Shown: positions 1-12,366, counted from the first letter of the whole stretch. The stretch is DNA of 63,820 nt, filler included, from Cercozoa sp. M6MM (GCA_040357565.1; 10 parts of 10 records of this genome joined end to end with filler, not necessarily neighbours in it), one strand, 5' to 3'. The notes: generated by a model from the sequence alone, not told the origin. Translations and numbers: made by a program.

Positions 1-32
1 CCCCCCCCCCCCCCCTGATCGATCGGTGAGTG

Positions 33-137
33 TGTGTCGATGTGGTAGTTCGAGACCGCAAGCGCCGCGCGACTGCACCACGCCGTGCCGAGAACAATCC
101 CGCTGGTGCTGCCGAAAACCCGCCTCCCGGAAACTGA
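33..137 (+). CDS. Terminal exon of an unknown gene, paralogous to the last exon of the 2446-3264 gene (partial)
   Basis: Reads CVDVVVRDRKRRATAPRRAENNPAGAAENPPPGN*. Aligns to 3175-3264 (CVDVAVRERKRRATAPRDANNPP), with mostly third-position differences. Confidence 0.45.
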   Translation, partial: CVDVVVRDRKRRATAPRRAENNPAGAAENPPPGN

Positions 138-1114
138 CTAGGGCCCGGGGGAACTAAATTTACATTCGATCGGATAGTTGTTGGTTACTGTCAACATCAC
201 TCAGTCAATCTGCTCGGTGGCGACGCGACTCGTCTGCGCAAGCACATCCCATCCACGCCACCGTGCGCGCCAGAGAATTCAAAAGACTTACAGACCTGGA
301 TATTTGGTCGCTGAATTGAAGGGGGTCTGCCAAGCTTAAGCTGGGCTCGTGGGCAACCACATTTCCCAGCTTTCTGACATTAAATTTAAGTCAACTGATC
401 ATGACTTATTCTGACCGCTTCGTCGTTGTGTTCACATGCGGAGTTTTTTTTTCACGAATTGTTACGACCAATTAATTGCAAGGGCGGTTTTCTTCGGTCG
501 AAATCCCCCCGAGACCCAACAAGGGTCCCAACATTTACTCAATGAGTGACGACTTGTCGAACTGAATGATTTTATGAGTCTCTCTTTCCCGCTCTCCCAC
601 ACAAAGAAGGTCAGAAGCAGTAGCCAGGCCACCGCGCGGACGATGTGGCTTCCCGTGAGGCGAGGTGTCACGCGCATCGTCGAGTGATTGCCCATCTATC
701 AGTGTCAAAGTCTCGGCAGATGTCACGGAGGGTGAAGTCTTGATCAACGAAGTATCCCTCAGGGTTTATCACGCGGCCCAATTAGTAATCACAACAGCGA
801 AAATTCAAGCAAAACAAAAACAACCACTAAGTAACTTTTGTCGTCATCCTTATTACGAGTAAACTTACTGTCCGGTATCACAATCGATCAGAGTGCGATC
901 GATCACACTGAGAATGTTCAGGCTGCCCCCATGATCCATCGATCCTTCCATTCTTCTACCGTTTTTACCGACAGAAATGCAACTGCGAAAGTTAGCTTTT
1001 TCTTGGGCTAAACCACTAAATCAGCTTTTTCCAATCTGGTACTATACGAAAGTGCGTGTTTCTTCTTGTTCATTGCCCCCGTGCTATTTTTGATGCAGGC
1101 CGGCCGCAAACACA

Positions 1115-2271
1115 ATGCCTCGATTCACACTGTACGTTTCGGAGACACCTAACGGATGGAAGGCGCCTATTACGGCAGCAGAGCTTGGCGTCGATTACAA
1201 TGTAATCTGTTCGAACTGAGCGAATGGAGTTGAGTTGATTTGATGTGTGTTGTTTTTTCACTCAGGTGCAACTCGTTTCCCTTTCAAAGAACGAGCAGAA
1301 AGAACCTTGGTTCCTTGAAATTAACCCGAATGGCCGCATTCCGGCACTTGTGGATCACGACGAAGGCGATTTCGCAGGTAAGCTTGTTCTCGATTGGGTC
1401 TCTTTTTGATTTCAAACTGGACTGGACCGACTCGAGCATGTTCGTTTGGGCAGTGTTCGAAAGCGGCGCGCTGATGCAGTACTTGGCCGAAAAGGCGGGT
1501 GGCAAGCTTCTAGGCAGCAACGATAAGGAGCGCTCGCAAGTCATGCAGTGGCTCTTCTTCCAGATGGCTGGTGTGGTACAGTGCACCTGTTTGATCCAGT
1601 TATCTAGCTATGTGTTGCTGCGTCTCGTCGCAGGGCCCGATGCAAGGCCAGTTGAACCACTTTGCGCGGTATGCACCCGAGGAACTGCCGTACGCCATTC
1701 AGCGCTATTACAACGAGACTGACCGACTGTACGGCGTGTGTATGTTGCCTCCTGCCCCTCGAACTGCATTCGTGCAAGTTGACCGTTTCTTGCTTTTGCA
1801 GTGGAGAAGCAACTCGAGCAGAACGGCACCGGCTTCCTTGTGGGCGACTCGCTGTCCATCGCCGATATTGCCAACTGGTGCTGGTATCGTGAGTGCTAAA
1901 CGATGCCGCGTGTAGCTTGAGTTGACAACACTGCTCCTTTTGTACGCAGGGTGGAGTGCTCGCCCTACAGCTTCCTGAAGCCGAACGAGTTGCAGCAGAA
2001 ATTCCCGAGCCTGTACGACTGGATGATCAAGCTTGCTGAGCGACCCGCCTTTCGTCTTGGCCTGCAGCAGTGCGGCACTGGTGCGTTTGCCTATGGCCTT
2101 TCCGGTAATTTATTGGACTGTTCTGACTCTTTGCTCTTGACTTGCGCAGAGAGATACTTCCACGACTTCAGCGACGAAGAGATGGCAGAGCTCGTCAAGG
2201 CGGTCAAGAAGACTCCGATGATTAAGCGCTTTGAAGAGGAGGCTGCGCAGGCCCGAGAGACTGAGGCGTAA
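1115..2271 (+). CDS. Glutathione S-transferase, Nu-class/Ure2p-like (YfcG/YghU-type), 7 exons
   Basis: Spliced: [16 protein letters not shown]...[21 protein letters not shown]...[13 protein letters not shown]...[20 protein letters not shown]...[21 protein letters not shown]...[17 protein letters not shown]. Has the TPNG, NPNGRIP and ESGA motifs and six GT-AG introns. Confidence 0.93.
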
Positions 2272-2311
2272 AATAGTACTCGAGAACGGATTCGAGTACT
2301 TTATCGATTAA
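2268..2311. repeat. ~45-bp hairpin-containing motif, copy 1 (copy 2 at 4899-4950)
   Basis: GTAAAATAGTACTCGAGAACGGATTCGAGTACTTTATCGATTAA versus GTAAAATAGTCCTCGAGAAACGGGTTCGAGTAGTAAGTTTATATCGATTAA. Copy 1 has a 9-bp stem AGTACTCGA/TCGAGTACT. Confidence 0.7.
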
Positions 2312-2445
2312 TCCCAAAACACAAACGAAACAAAACGGGAACAATGAGATGTCGCCTCCTTAAGTAGTTTTGGCATTGAGCAAAACGGCCGTATCGGTTT
2401 AGAACAAGTCTCACGTGTTGACCAACAAGACGTCAAACGCCCGAA

Positions 2446-3264
2446 ATGGCCGATCAACAGCCCCAGGACTTGCCTCGTTGTACATCATCGTTCATGTTGT
2501 CTGGTGTTTTGTTGTGACAGCTTGTGTGGTCTCCTCGCCAGGGCTTGCTGCTTTACAACCGGTGCTGCGTAACCACGGGGTTGGTCCAGCGGCGATCGAT
2601 GTCATTACGAGCGCGTTCGCTCGGCAAGCACGCTTCCACAGGGAAGACGTGGCTGAGGAGACTCGCCGGCTTCGCGAAAACTCAGAGCAGCTCCGCCGAG
2701 AGTTTGAACAGCGCGAAACCACGCTCCAGGAGCAGCTGCGTGCTGAGACGGAGCGACACGGCGAGCAAGTGGCTCGGCTCGAAGCAGAGTTGGTATTCTT
2801 GACTTGCTTGCGTTCTTGTGCCGAAGCAGCATCAAGCTGTACATTTAGGCTAAGGCCAGACTCAGACAAAATAGTGTCGTGGACTTCGTTGACGAAGCCC
2901 TCAAAGCAGGCGCAACGAATCTAAATCTGGACGTCAAGCTCCGCGACCGGGAACCCGATGGTTGACTAAATTTACTTTACAGAGTTTGTATTTCTGCTCA
3001 CTGGGAGTGTGCGCGTAGAAGAAAGCACGCAAGGCTCGCTGCAGTACCACCACTGCAAGATTGACGTGTCGGATAAGGAGGATGTCGGCGAGAAGCGCCG
3101 CGCTGTTCTTTCTCAGTTTTCTGACCGTGAGTTTCAGTTTTGTTCTTTTCCGCACCAGGTCTCTCATTCAGGGGTGTGTCGATGTGGCAGTCCGAGAGCG
3201 CAAGCGCCGCGCAACAGCACCCCGTGACGCCAATAATCCACCTGCCGACCCGGCAAATGATTGA
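2446..3264 (+). CDS. Unknown coiled-coil protein with a C-terminal CVDVxVRxRKRR motif (about 5 exons)
   Basis: ATG at 2446 and GT-AG introns; E/Q/R-rich heptad exon (EETRRLRENSEQLRREFEQRETTLQEQLRAE). Last exon conserved with 33-137. Last splice junction ambiguous. Confidence 0.55.
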
Positions 3265-3417
3265 TGTGAGATGAAACGTTACATAAACTTGCACTTGCGT
3301 TGCATTTAAGTTTACGTGTAATTCAAGTCTAATTCAATCCAATCGAACGACTTAGTTGGTTGGTTGCCTAAACAACTCAACTGACTAACTCACGCAATCG
3401 AACGGCGGTACCGTGCG

Positions 3418-3956
3418 CTAAGCGTCGTCGTACGCGACGTCGACGTGATCGACGGTCCTGACGCCGACCTCGTCAAAGGTTCGCCTGCAGCGAGAGACCA
3501 TACGACCGACAGTAGCAGTGTGCAGGCACGAGACGGAGGAGGTTAGTACCTGCTCTGCACAGTCTGCACGTCGACACGAGCCATGTCTTCGTGCGCCTGC
3601 AGGAGTTCCTCATCACGTGCGCTCGGGCATGGGTGTTGCTTGATGTCGATCATGCCTGCAACCGCAAAGCAAGCACAGTGACTCCTTTGTGACTCAGTCC
3701 AACTCGAGTCAAACAGTACCCGCAGTGGCGAGACGTGCGCGCAGTCGTTCCTCGCGCAGCAGACGCTCGCGCAGAGCGACGCCTTCCCTCGAACTGCACG
3801 CACATAGCAAGTGCACGCACAGGGACAACCGCCAGACAGGTATGACAGAGGCAGTTTAGGGCACAGGAGGAAGCGTTCGAAACAGAAGGCATCCAGCGAC
3901 GCGAACACCTCCTGCTGCAGTGCGTCGAATACACCTACACGCACACATGCACACAT

Positions 3957-4003
<47 letters not shown>

Positions 4004-4867
4004 TAAGAGACGAGCGAGGGTACCGGAGTGCGCGTCGACAGTGCCACTACCGAGAGCGGCGTGCAGTCGCAGCGCCGTCGAGTGCGACAGGTCAAGTCGC
4101 GGCACGAAGCGCTGGTAGATCTGCCTCAACATAGATGTCAATAATTAAAACAAAGCAAATATATATATATATATAGATATATATATATATATATATATAT
4201 ATTTGCTTATAGCATTCACCTCAATAGCAGTTTCAGTTCTCGCCTGTGACGGCGCCATGTCTCTGTATGAAACCAAGCGTAGACAGACTATACAGGCACA
4301 CAGACCCTGCGTTAGGGTACCGGAATAGTTCGATCTCAAGCCAGCACAGCAAGTGCTCGAAGGACGACGGTTCGTAGGCGTGCAGCCACTTGGCGAACGC
4401 GTTGACGCACACGATGTCTCGCAGCAGCGCCGTGAGCGACTCGAGCGACCGCGTCGTGCTCCAGCTGTTGCAGCAACCGAGACTCGCTTTTTTCCAAGAG
4501 AGAAAGAGAGAGAGGGGGAGAGAGAGGGAGAGGGAGAGGGAGAGGGAGAGAGAGAGAGAGAGAGAGAGCTACATGAGTCCAATGTGGCCCTCGTCGTCCT
4601 CGTCATCGATACCGTCAGTGTCTGCTCCCCCCTCAATACGCGTATGCATACCGTGTGCCCTATCCTCAGCGTACATGCGCTCATACCGTCACGCTCGATG
4701 TCATAATAGCTGCTGAAGGACGAGAACACCGTCGTGAAACACGAGATGAAAAAGATACTCGCGAAGCGCACCTATTTAGTGGGGTGGTCAGACAAGTAGA
4801 GGCATACGCGGAGGAGGGAGGGGAGAAAGACTACAATCTGCGCGAATGCAACAGCGTCCCACACGAA
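3418..4867 (-). CDS. Transmembrane-RGS (regulator of G-protein signalling) protein, 5' part missing
   Basis: Spliced: hydrophobic FVWDAVAFAQIVRFASIFFISCFTTVFSSF, an acidic linker, then RGS motifs LTALLRDIVCVNAFAKWL..SFEHLLCWLEIELFR..AIEIYQRFV..VFDALQQEVFASLDAFCFERFL. Stop TAG at 3418-3420. Confidence 0.8.
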
Positions 4868-4898
4868 CTGTGACGTCGCGTGGGACACAACCGAGAGT

Positions 4899-4950
4899 GT
4901 AAAATAGTCCTCGAGAAACGGGTTCGAGTAGTAAGTTTATATCGATTAAA
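4899..4950. repeat. ~50-bp hairpin-containing motif, copy 2
   Basis: Direct-orientation match to 2268-2311. Confidence 0.7.
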
Positions 4951-5574
4951 TATGGAGCTCACACAAAGAGCGAGCCAACGACGCTTCTGGCCCAGCGCTT
5001 CCACGACGGCACTTGCTTACCGACTACCAGCGCATTCGCTCCAACTCTCTTCGTTTTTGCTCTAAGTACAGTAATTTTCGCACACTGTGCACGTTTCTCT
5101 TGAGATGTGCCTTAACTTAAATTTATACTTCGTGCGATTCCATCAGGTTTCTGGGTGCCTGGTGTGCTTCATTCACTACACATGAGACGTTGTAACTTTT
5201 CGACGATAGGAATTTCCCTAACTAACTTAAGAACAAGAAAAACCGACCCCTTTCCGGATTCGCGTGCCCATTTTGGACTACCATAGTGAAGGGGGTGGAC
5301 TTCCGACATGTTAAAACTCTTTTCCTTGTGCAGTACCAGCGCTGGACTGTCTCCTGTTTACCGTACCAAGTACTACCAGCACTGTAATTAGTTCGCTGCT
5401 GCTGCGGGCGATTTGCGGCCCAACTTGTCTTTTACGTGTTCCATTGTGCTTTTACCGGCTGTTCCAGAATGTCCAGACAAACCTACGCGTCGACTTTTGC
5501 AGAAAACGGACTTAGGGATGTAAGCAATGCGCTGGTGCAATCTGCCGCCATCCGTGATACCGGACTCGAAAAGG

Positions 5575-5674
5575 NNNNNNNNNNNNNNNNNNNNNNNNNN
5601 NNNNNNNNNNNNNNNNNNTTAATTAATTAANNNNNNNNNNNNNNNNNNNNNNNNNNNNNNNNNNNNNNNNNNNN
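5575..5674. other. Artificial contig spacer (N44-TTAATTAATTAA-N44). Identical spacers at 12107-12206, 15403-15502, 27037-27136, 32616-32715, 38961-39060, 42549-42648, 58082-58181 and 62135-62234
   Basis: The same 100-nt structure occurs nine times; TTAATTAATTAA gives stops in all six frames. Confidence 0.98.
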
Positions 5675-5727
<53 letters not shown>

Positions 5728-5757
5728 GTGAGACGCAGGTGTACTTCATGTCTACAG

Positions 5758-6475
5758 TTGGCGAGGTGTGGGACCGAACATTGCGCGCAACTCGGTGATC
5801 AATGCGGCCGAACTGGCCACCTACGATGCTCTCAAAGAGGTGTGTGTGTGCGTATCTTTAAACACGCAAACACTGTACGCAGCCCTGTCCGTTCATACCT
5901 CTGGTTGGCACAGATCACGGCGCCGATCTACGGCGACACAGTGCCGACACACCTAGCGTGTGGCCTGGTAGGCGAACTGTCAACTGCGCACGTGTCTACT
6001 GCACCCACGTGTCGATTGTGTATGCACTCCTCAGGGTGCTGGCTTCGTGGCCACCGTCGTTGGCTCGCCGTTCGATGTGATCAAGACGCGCATTATGAAC
6101 GACGCTCGGGGCGAGTACAGGTATCGCCTGGTCTTGTGTGTGTGTGTGTGTGTGGGTGTATGTATGTATGTGTATGTGACAGAGGCTTTTTCCACTGCCT
6201 GCTTCGAACGGTGCGTGCCGAGTCACCACTCGCTCTCTACAAAGGTCACATGCATCCGTCCGCATGCACGCTGCCTTCCCTCCTCGTACCTGACACTATT
6301 GTACTGTGTGCAGGCTTCCTGCCGAACTTTGCGCGCATTGGCAGCTTCAACGGTACCCACACAGTGTGCCTGCCATAGGCATGTCATGCATGCGCTGTGT
6401 TTCCTTGCAGTCGTGCTCTTCTTCGCCGCCGAGCAGATGCGCCGTCTCGTGTTCGCCAAGCCGAGCCAAGCCTAG
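5758..6475 (+). CDS. Mitochondrial carrier, uncoupling-protein (UCP)/oxoglutarate-carrier-like, 3' part
   Basis: WRGVGPNIARNSVINAAELATYDALKE...GAGFVATVVGSPFDVIKTRIMN...YRGFFHCLLRTVRAESPLALYKGFLPNFARIGSFNVVLFFAAEQMRR. Has the Px[DE]xx[KR]xR signature. Confidence 0.88.
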
Positions 6476-6920
6476 CAACCTTGACTACTTGCGCTCGCTC
6501 AGTCGATCGGCCGATTGGGCCTGCGAGCTTGCCGGAGAACCAAACGGCTAACGCTCTCGTCCCGAGAACGTAATCACCCGACATATGTCTTCAAACGCGC
6601 GTTTTGAAAGTACAAAATACAAATTAGTAGCGACACGAGACATGTTACTTTAAGCCGCAGCGCCACGAGAACAAAGTATGATAAATCTCGGGTACTTTTC
6701 TTTCCCAAGCTTGACGCAGGCAGTTGATGGTGCCGCCTGCTCAGACCCATACTGCGTAATGTATATCGTTAAACGTTATTTTTTGGCTGATTCTGAGTAA
6801 TTTTAAGGCAATTTCACGAAATATTCTTTAAATTACCGTGTTTACCCAACCGTCCGATTATCGTAATTACCCAGTAATTACCACATTTTTGTTCTCGGGC
6901 CGAGCGAAGACACATACGTT

Positions 6921-7442
6921 TTAGGCAGCAGCAGTGGCAGGCTTGTCCTCCTCGCTCGTGTTGCTGTAGGAGGGGACACACATAGAGAGGTAGTGGACAA
7001 CACAATTTCTCCTCAAAAGGCAGTGGTACCGGAAGGAGCGACGGCATGCGTCCTGCAGGAGTTGCACGTCCACTGTCACCGGCAGCTGCACGTAGCGCAC
7101 GACCGAGCCACGCACGAAGCAGCTCGTTACAGCGGCCAAGTGTGGGTACTTTTCGCCATCGACGACCTCGACACCAGTCAACTTGATGTTCAAGTACTGG
7201 TCCACGGAATGTAACCGGCCCCTGCACTCAAAGAGCATGTGAAACACCTGCGAAACAAGGAAAGCATCAAACGTACTTTAACTTAATCTCATTCTTGAGC
7301 TCGACCACGACCACCTGGTCGATAAGTGTCTTGAAGAACGAGAAAAATTGCTGTCACGACAAAACAACAACATATGGCAAAACATCTCGAACGCCACACT
7401 GGGCAACGTCATTCTCCTTGACTAAGAATAACAACACACCAT
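6921..7442 (-). CDS. LSM2: U6 snRNA-associated Sm-like protein LSm2 (first exon is the ATG alone)
   Basis: M|QFFSFFKTLIDQVVVVELKNEIKLK|GRLHSVDQYLNIKLTGVEVVDGEKYPHLAAVTSCFVRGSVVRYVQLP..VDVQLLQDACRR. Confidence 0.93.
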
Positions 7443-7601
7443 CCCAGACAGTCCAAAGGTGCACTTGAACACGCCAGATGGCGCAAACTGGCTATTTGAA
7501 ATAACGGAGCGCCGGTACCGGGAAAAATCACGAAAATACGGAAAATTCGCAACTCCTTTGAGGTCTTGGTTTGGCCCGTTTGGAAACAGCACGAAGATCT
7601 C

Positions 7602-10600
7602 ATGCCGAACTTCTCCGTCGACGCCATCCGGTAAAGCGAAAAGGCAGATTTTGTCGCTTGCGCGAAAATCCGCGTGCCGGCCGCAGGAGGCAGTGCACAG
7701 GCTCCTGGCGCACAAGCGCAGCCAGCGATGGCAGCGCGTGGTCTGGGCAAGCCGGTGTGCTGCTTTTTTGCAGATTTGTTTGTTGTGGTTTTGTGGGATT
7801 TCTTTGTGAACCCCAGCCGATCTTTTGATTACATGGTGGTATGCTTGCAGGCGTCTTATGGACAACAAGGATCAGATCCGCAACATGTCGGTGATTGCTC
7901 ACGTCGATCACGGCAAGTCGACGCTGACTGATGCCCTCATCTCCAAGGCCGGTATCATTGCCGACGCCGTGGCCGGTGAGAAGCGTTTCATGGACACGCG
8001 CGACGACGAGCAGGCTCGTTCGATCACGATCAAGTCGACGTCGGTGTCGCTCTTCTACGAGAAGAAGGAGGAGGACGGCACGGTGTCGCCGTTCCTGATC
8101 AACCTGATCGACTCGCCGGGTCACGTTGACTTCTCGTCGGAGGTGACGGCCGCCCTGCGTGTGACGGACGGTGCCCTTGTCGTTGTCGACTGCATTGAGG
8201 GTGTCTCGGTGCAGACGGAGACGGTGCTGCGTCAGGCCATCTCGGAGCGCATCAAGCCGGTGCTCTTCGTCAACAAGCTCGACCGTGTGTTCCTCGAGCT
8301 TCACATGGACCCGGAGGAGGCCTACGCCAACTTCCGTCAGGCTGTCGAGTCGGCCAACGTCGTCATCGCCACCTACCAGGAGGAGAAGATGGGCGACCTG
8401 CAGGTGCTTTGTCTCTCCCTACCACATGATTATGTCCAGCCCATGTACATCCTTTGTGCCTTATGAGCAGGTCACGCCGGAGAACGGCTCGGTCGGTTTC
8501 GGTTCGGGTCTGCACGCGTGGGGCTTCACGCTCAAGACGTTCGCGTCGATGTACGCCAAGAAGTTCGGCGTGCCGGTCGAGAAGCTCATGAAGAAGTTCT
8601 GGGGTGACAACTTCTTCTTCGCCAAGACGGGCAAGTGGTCGCGTCGTGCCAACAAGGACGGCCAGACGGGCGTGCGCGGTTTCATCAAGTTCATCACGGA
8701 GCCGATCAACACGATGGTGCAGGCCATCATGCAGGAGAAGAGCAACATCTACGAGCCGATGTTCGAGAAGCTCAACATCACGGTGCCGAAGGACGCCGTC
8801 GATCTGCGCGGCAAGCCGCTGCTCAAGGCCGTGATGCGCACGTGGCTCCCGGCCGGTGACGCCCTGCTCGACATGATCGTGACGCACCTGCCGTCGCCGG
8901 CCACGGCGCAGAAGTACCGCGCCGAGCTGCTGTACACGGGTCCGCACGACGACGAGTGCTTCCAGGCCATCAAGAACTGCGACTCGCAGGGTCCGCTCAT
9001 GATGTACGTGTCGAAGATGGTGCCGACCTCGGAGAAGGGCCGCTTCTACGCCTTCGGTCGTGTCTTCGCTGGTACGATCGCTGCTGGCCGCCCGGTCCGC
9101 ATCTACGGCCCGGAGTACGTCCACGGTGGTACCCTAGCGCTCTGCTTGCCTTATGTCTGTGGTTGCTGATGTATGTTTGTGTTGGTGTGCAGGCAAGAAG
9201 GACCTGTACGAGAACAAGAAGGTGCAGCGCACGATGCTCATGATGGGTCGTTACGTCGAGTCGCTGCCGGACTGCCCGTCTGGCAACGTCGTCGGTCTCG
9301 TCGGTGTCGACAACTACCTGGTACATATTAATTTATTAATTTGTTTATTTATCTCTATTGACATTGTGCCATGCTGTGCAGCTCAAGTGCGGTACGGTCA
9401 CTGACCATGCCGAGGCCTTCCCGCTGCAGACGATGAAGTTCTCTGTGTCGGCCGTTGTGCGTGTGGCTGTGGAGCCGAAGAACGCGTCGGACCTGCCGAA
9501 GCTGCTTGAGGGTCTCAAGCGTCTGTCCAAGTCGGACCCGCTGGTGCAGATCTCGGTCGCCAAGACGGGCGAGCAGATCATTGCCGGTGCCGGTGAGCTG
9601 CACCTCGAGGTGTGCCTCAAGGATCTTAAGGAGCAGTTCATGCGCGGTGCCGCCGTGAACGTGTCGGACCCGGTGGTGAACTACGCCGAGACGATGCTGG
9701 AGGAGTCGTCGCAGCAGGTGACGACCAAGTCGCCCAACAAGCACAACAAGATCTGGCTCGGCGCTCTGCCGCTCGGCGAGGAGCTCACGGACGCCATCGA
9801 GAACGGCGACATCACGGAGAACGACGACGTGAAGGAGCGCTCGCGCCTGCTGGCCGACAAGTACGACTGGGACGTTGCCACGGCGCGCAAGATCTGGTCG
9901 TTCGGCTGCGCGCCGGACGCCAAGGCCAACCTGCTCGTCAACGTTGCCCAGGGTGCCCAGTACCTGCTCGAGATCAAGGACCACATGGTGTCGGCCTTCA
10001 CGCAGGCCACTGCCGGTGGTGTGCTCGCCGATGAGGTCATGCGCGGTGGCCGCTTCGAGGTATCCTGCTCTCTCTTTCACTTTCCTGTCGGTTTGCACCC
10101 CATCCACACTTGCAATACGATGATGACCATTTACTTGTGTCCGTGTTCTTGATACACTTAATGAAAATAACTATACAAGTTCTGAGCTGCTTTTGTGTGT
10201 GCTGTGTGCATCTCGTGTGTCCTTACACATACCCGACTCACCTATGCCTCTGTGTTGTCTAGGTGCACGACTGCTCGCTGCATACGGATGCCGTCCATCG
10301 TGGCGCCGGTCAGATCATGCCGGCCGCCAAGAAGGGTTACTTCGGCTGCCAGCTCGTGTCGGGCCCGGCTCTGATGGAGCCGATGTACCTCGTGGACATC
10401 ACGGTGCCGCAGCACTCGGTTGCCGGTGTGTACAACACGCTCTCGCAGCGTCGTGGTATCGTCGAGGACAAGGTCGACCGCATCGGTACGCCGCTCTGCC
10501 AGGTCAAGGCCTTCCTGCCGGTCATGGAGTCGTTCGGCTTCACGGCTCTGCTGCGCAAGAACACGTCGGGCCAGGCTTTCCCGCAGATGCGTTTCTCGCA

Positions 10601-10730
10601 CTGGCAGGCTGTCTCGGGCAACCCGCTCGACGAGGACTCGTCGGCCGGTAAGCTCGTGCTCTCGATCCGCGAGCGCAAGGGCCTCAAGGTCGTGCTGCCG
10701 GACCTCAAGGACTACTACGACAAGTTCTAA
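7602..10730 (+). CDS. EEF2: Eukaryotic translation elongation factor 2, 6 exons
   Basis: [68 protein letters not shown], diphthamide loop [13 protein letters not shown]-terminal IRERKGLK...DYYDKF*. Strong C/G-ending codon bias. Confidence 0.98.
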
Positions 10731-11265
10731 GTGTTGGCGCTGCCCCGTCGTCTCTGGTGTCTTCTGCGTGTTCGAGGCGGACAGCCCTGCGTGTCTGACT
10801 TGACTCTTCGAAAACTGAACCTCGTGTCGCCGCAACCCAACATAACTGTGCTGTTCTGGTTAAACCAAGTCTCAAACCTAAAGATCATCATGAACTTGAA
10901 AACCTAACTTTAATCTATTACAGACTGACTCAGATATTTGACCGGATCTGTCCTACTGCCTGTCGTGTAGATTGAGCTGGCATGGTTGGCTTGCACGTAC
11001 AACTGTAGGACGAAGGAGATCGTTAGGCTTGCAGGCGCCTTGAGCCACCAACAAGTCACGCAGATCAGAAACGAGGTCCAGTTTGAGGTTCCGCGCGGAT
11101 CTCAGTTGCATCGCACTTGCGTTTCTGGTCCGGACAACAAAATGTGAATGGATATACGTACTCTAAAGTACAGATTATACGAAATGAATGGTCGGGACAG
11201 CGTCTTCCAACTCTCGTTCGGTTTGTACAGGTACTTCTTGTGTTGTTTAAGCAACGTAAGGCAAC

Positions 11266-12010
11266 TCAGTCAGCCCGCAGCTGTGCGACGAGGGAGTCGT
11301 ACTGCCGTTCCTCGAGCGTCCCGCGTGCCAGGAAGCGCCGGACCTCCAGGCGACTCTGGCGCATTGATCTGTCCAGACGCAGACGTAGATATAGATTGTG
11401 CAATAGTATCAGCAGAAGAGAAGGGGATACTCGTCACGCGACTGACGCAGTGCACGTGCGACAGCCTGGGTCTCTTGTGCCTGCACTGCTCTCTACAGAC
11501 AGCACACATATACACACAGACAGCAGTACAACAGCAACAGTGTTCTTCGAGAGAGAGAGAGAGAGAGAGAGTTGGTACGGCGGCACGTCCAAAGATAACG
11601 TCGGCCAGCACGACGTGCGACACGCCGAGAATGTCGAGTCCACTGGCAGCCGACTCGACGTTGAGCACCAGCACGCGCGGGTACCTGCAGTATTAACATC
11701 CGTAGATACACTTGGATACAAACCACAAAGCAAGCGCACCTGGAAGCAACGTTGAGTGCGTCCTCGTCCTTGGCTTCGCGCACTGCCGTCACTCCCTTTG
11801 ATTTCACACAATGCAGAATTGAACATGCCACATGAGGTCTGATCGACAAACACACCGAACGGAAGGCCTGCAGTGCACGCTGTCGTTGTGCGTAACTGTA
11901 CCTGCACATATACACAGACGTGCGCCCATAAATAGACCTCTGTCCGCACCAGGCAAGAAAGGAAGAGAAGAGAATCCTACATGACCACGGCCGCCTTGTG
12001 TCCGCAAGCA
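11266..12010 (-). CDS. SNF2-family helicase, C-terminal (HELICc) exons, partial
   Basis: YPRVLVLNVESAASGLDILGVSHVVLADVIFG|LQAQETQAVARALRQSRD|ESMRQSRLEVRRFLARGTLEERQY. Matches SNF2 motifs V/VI and the GTxEE tail. Confidence 0.78.
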
Positions 12011-12033
12011 GCCAGTGAGTGCTGTAGTCTACA

Positions 12034-12106
<73 letters not shown>

Positions 12107-12206
12107 NNNNNNNNNNNNNNNNNNNNNNNNNNNNNNNNNNNNNNNNNNNNTTAATTAATTAANNNNNNNNNNNNNNNNNNNNNNNNNNNNNNNNNNNNNN
12201 NNNNNN

Positions 12207-12366
12207 GGTATTGTTGACGTAGGTGAACATCAGGCACGTTTTGCCAACCTAGGAGCAGGAACAGAAACAAACATTCGTCCAAACAAAGACACCCAGAACA
12301 CGACGAAGCAACAAGAGCAGAACTCACTGCACCGTCGCCCACAGCAACGATCTTCACGTTTTCCAT
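12207..12366 (-). CDS. Rho/Rac-family small GTPase, 5' fragment
   Basis: MENVKIVAVGDGA|VGKTCLMFTYVNNT (Rho-type P-loop GDGAVGKT). Truncated by the contig end. Confidence 0.88.

Noticed and set aside
10060-10262. GTATCC-starting introns (eEF2 intron 5, SNF2-C near 11430, protease-like gene near 27535) as possible U12-type introns
   Set aside because: None has the full GTATCCTT donor or a properly placed TCCTTAAC branch site, and GTATC donors are common among the degenerate donors here.
7600-10835. Long antisense and alternative-frame ORFs over eEF2
   Set aside because: Expected shadows of strong GC3 codon bias in a highly expressed gene.
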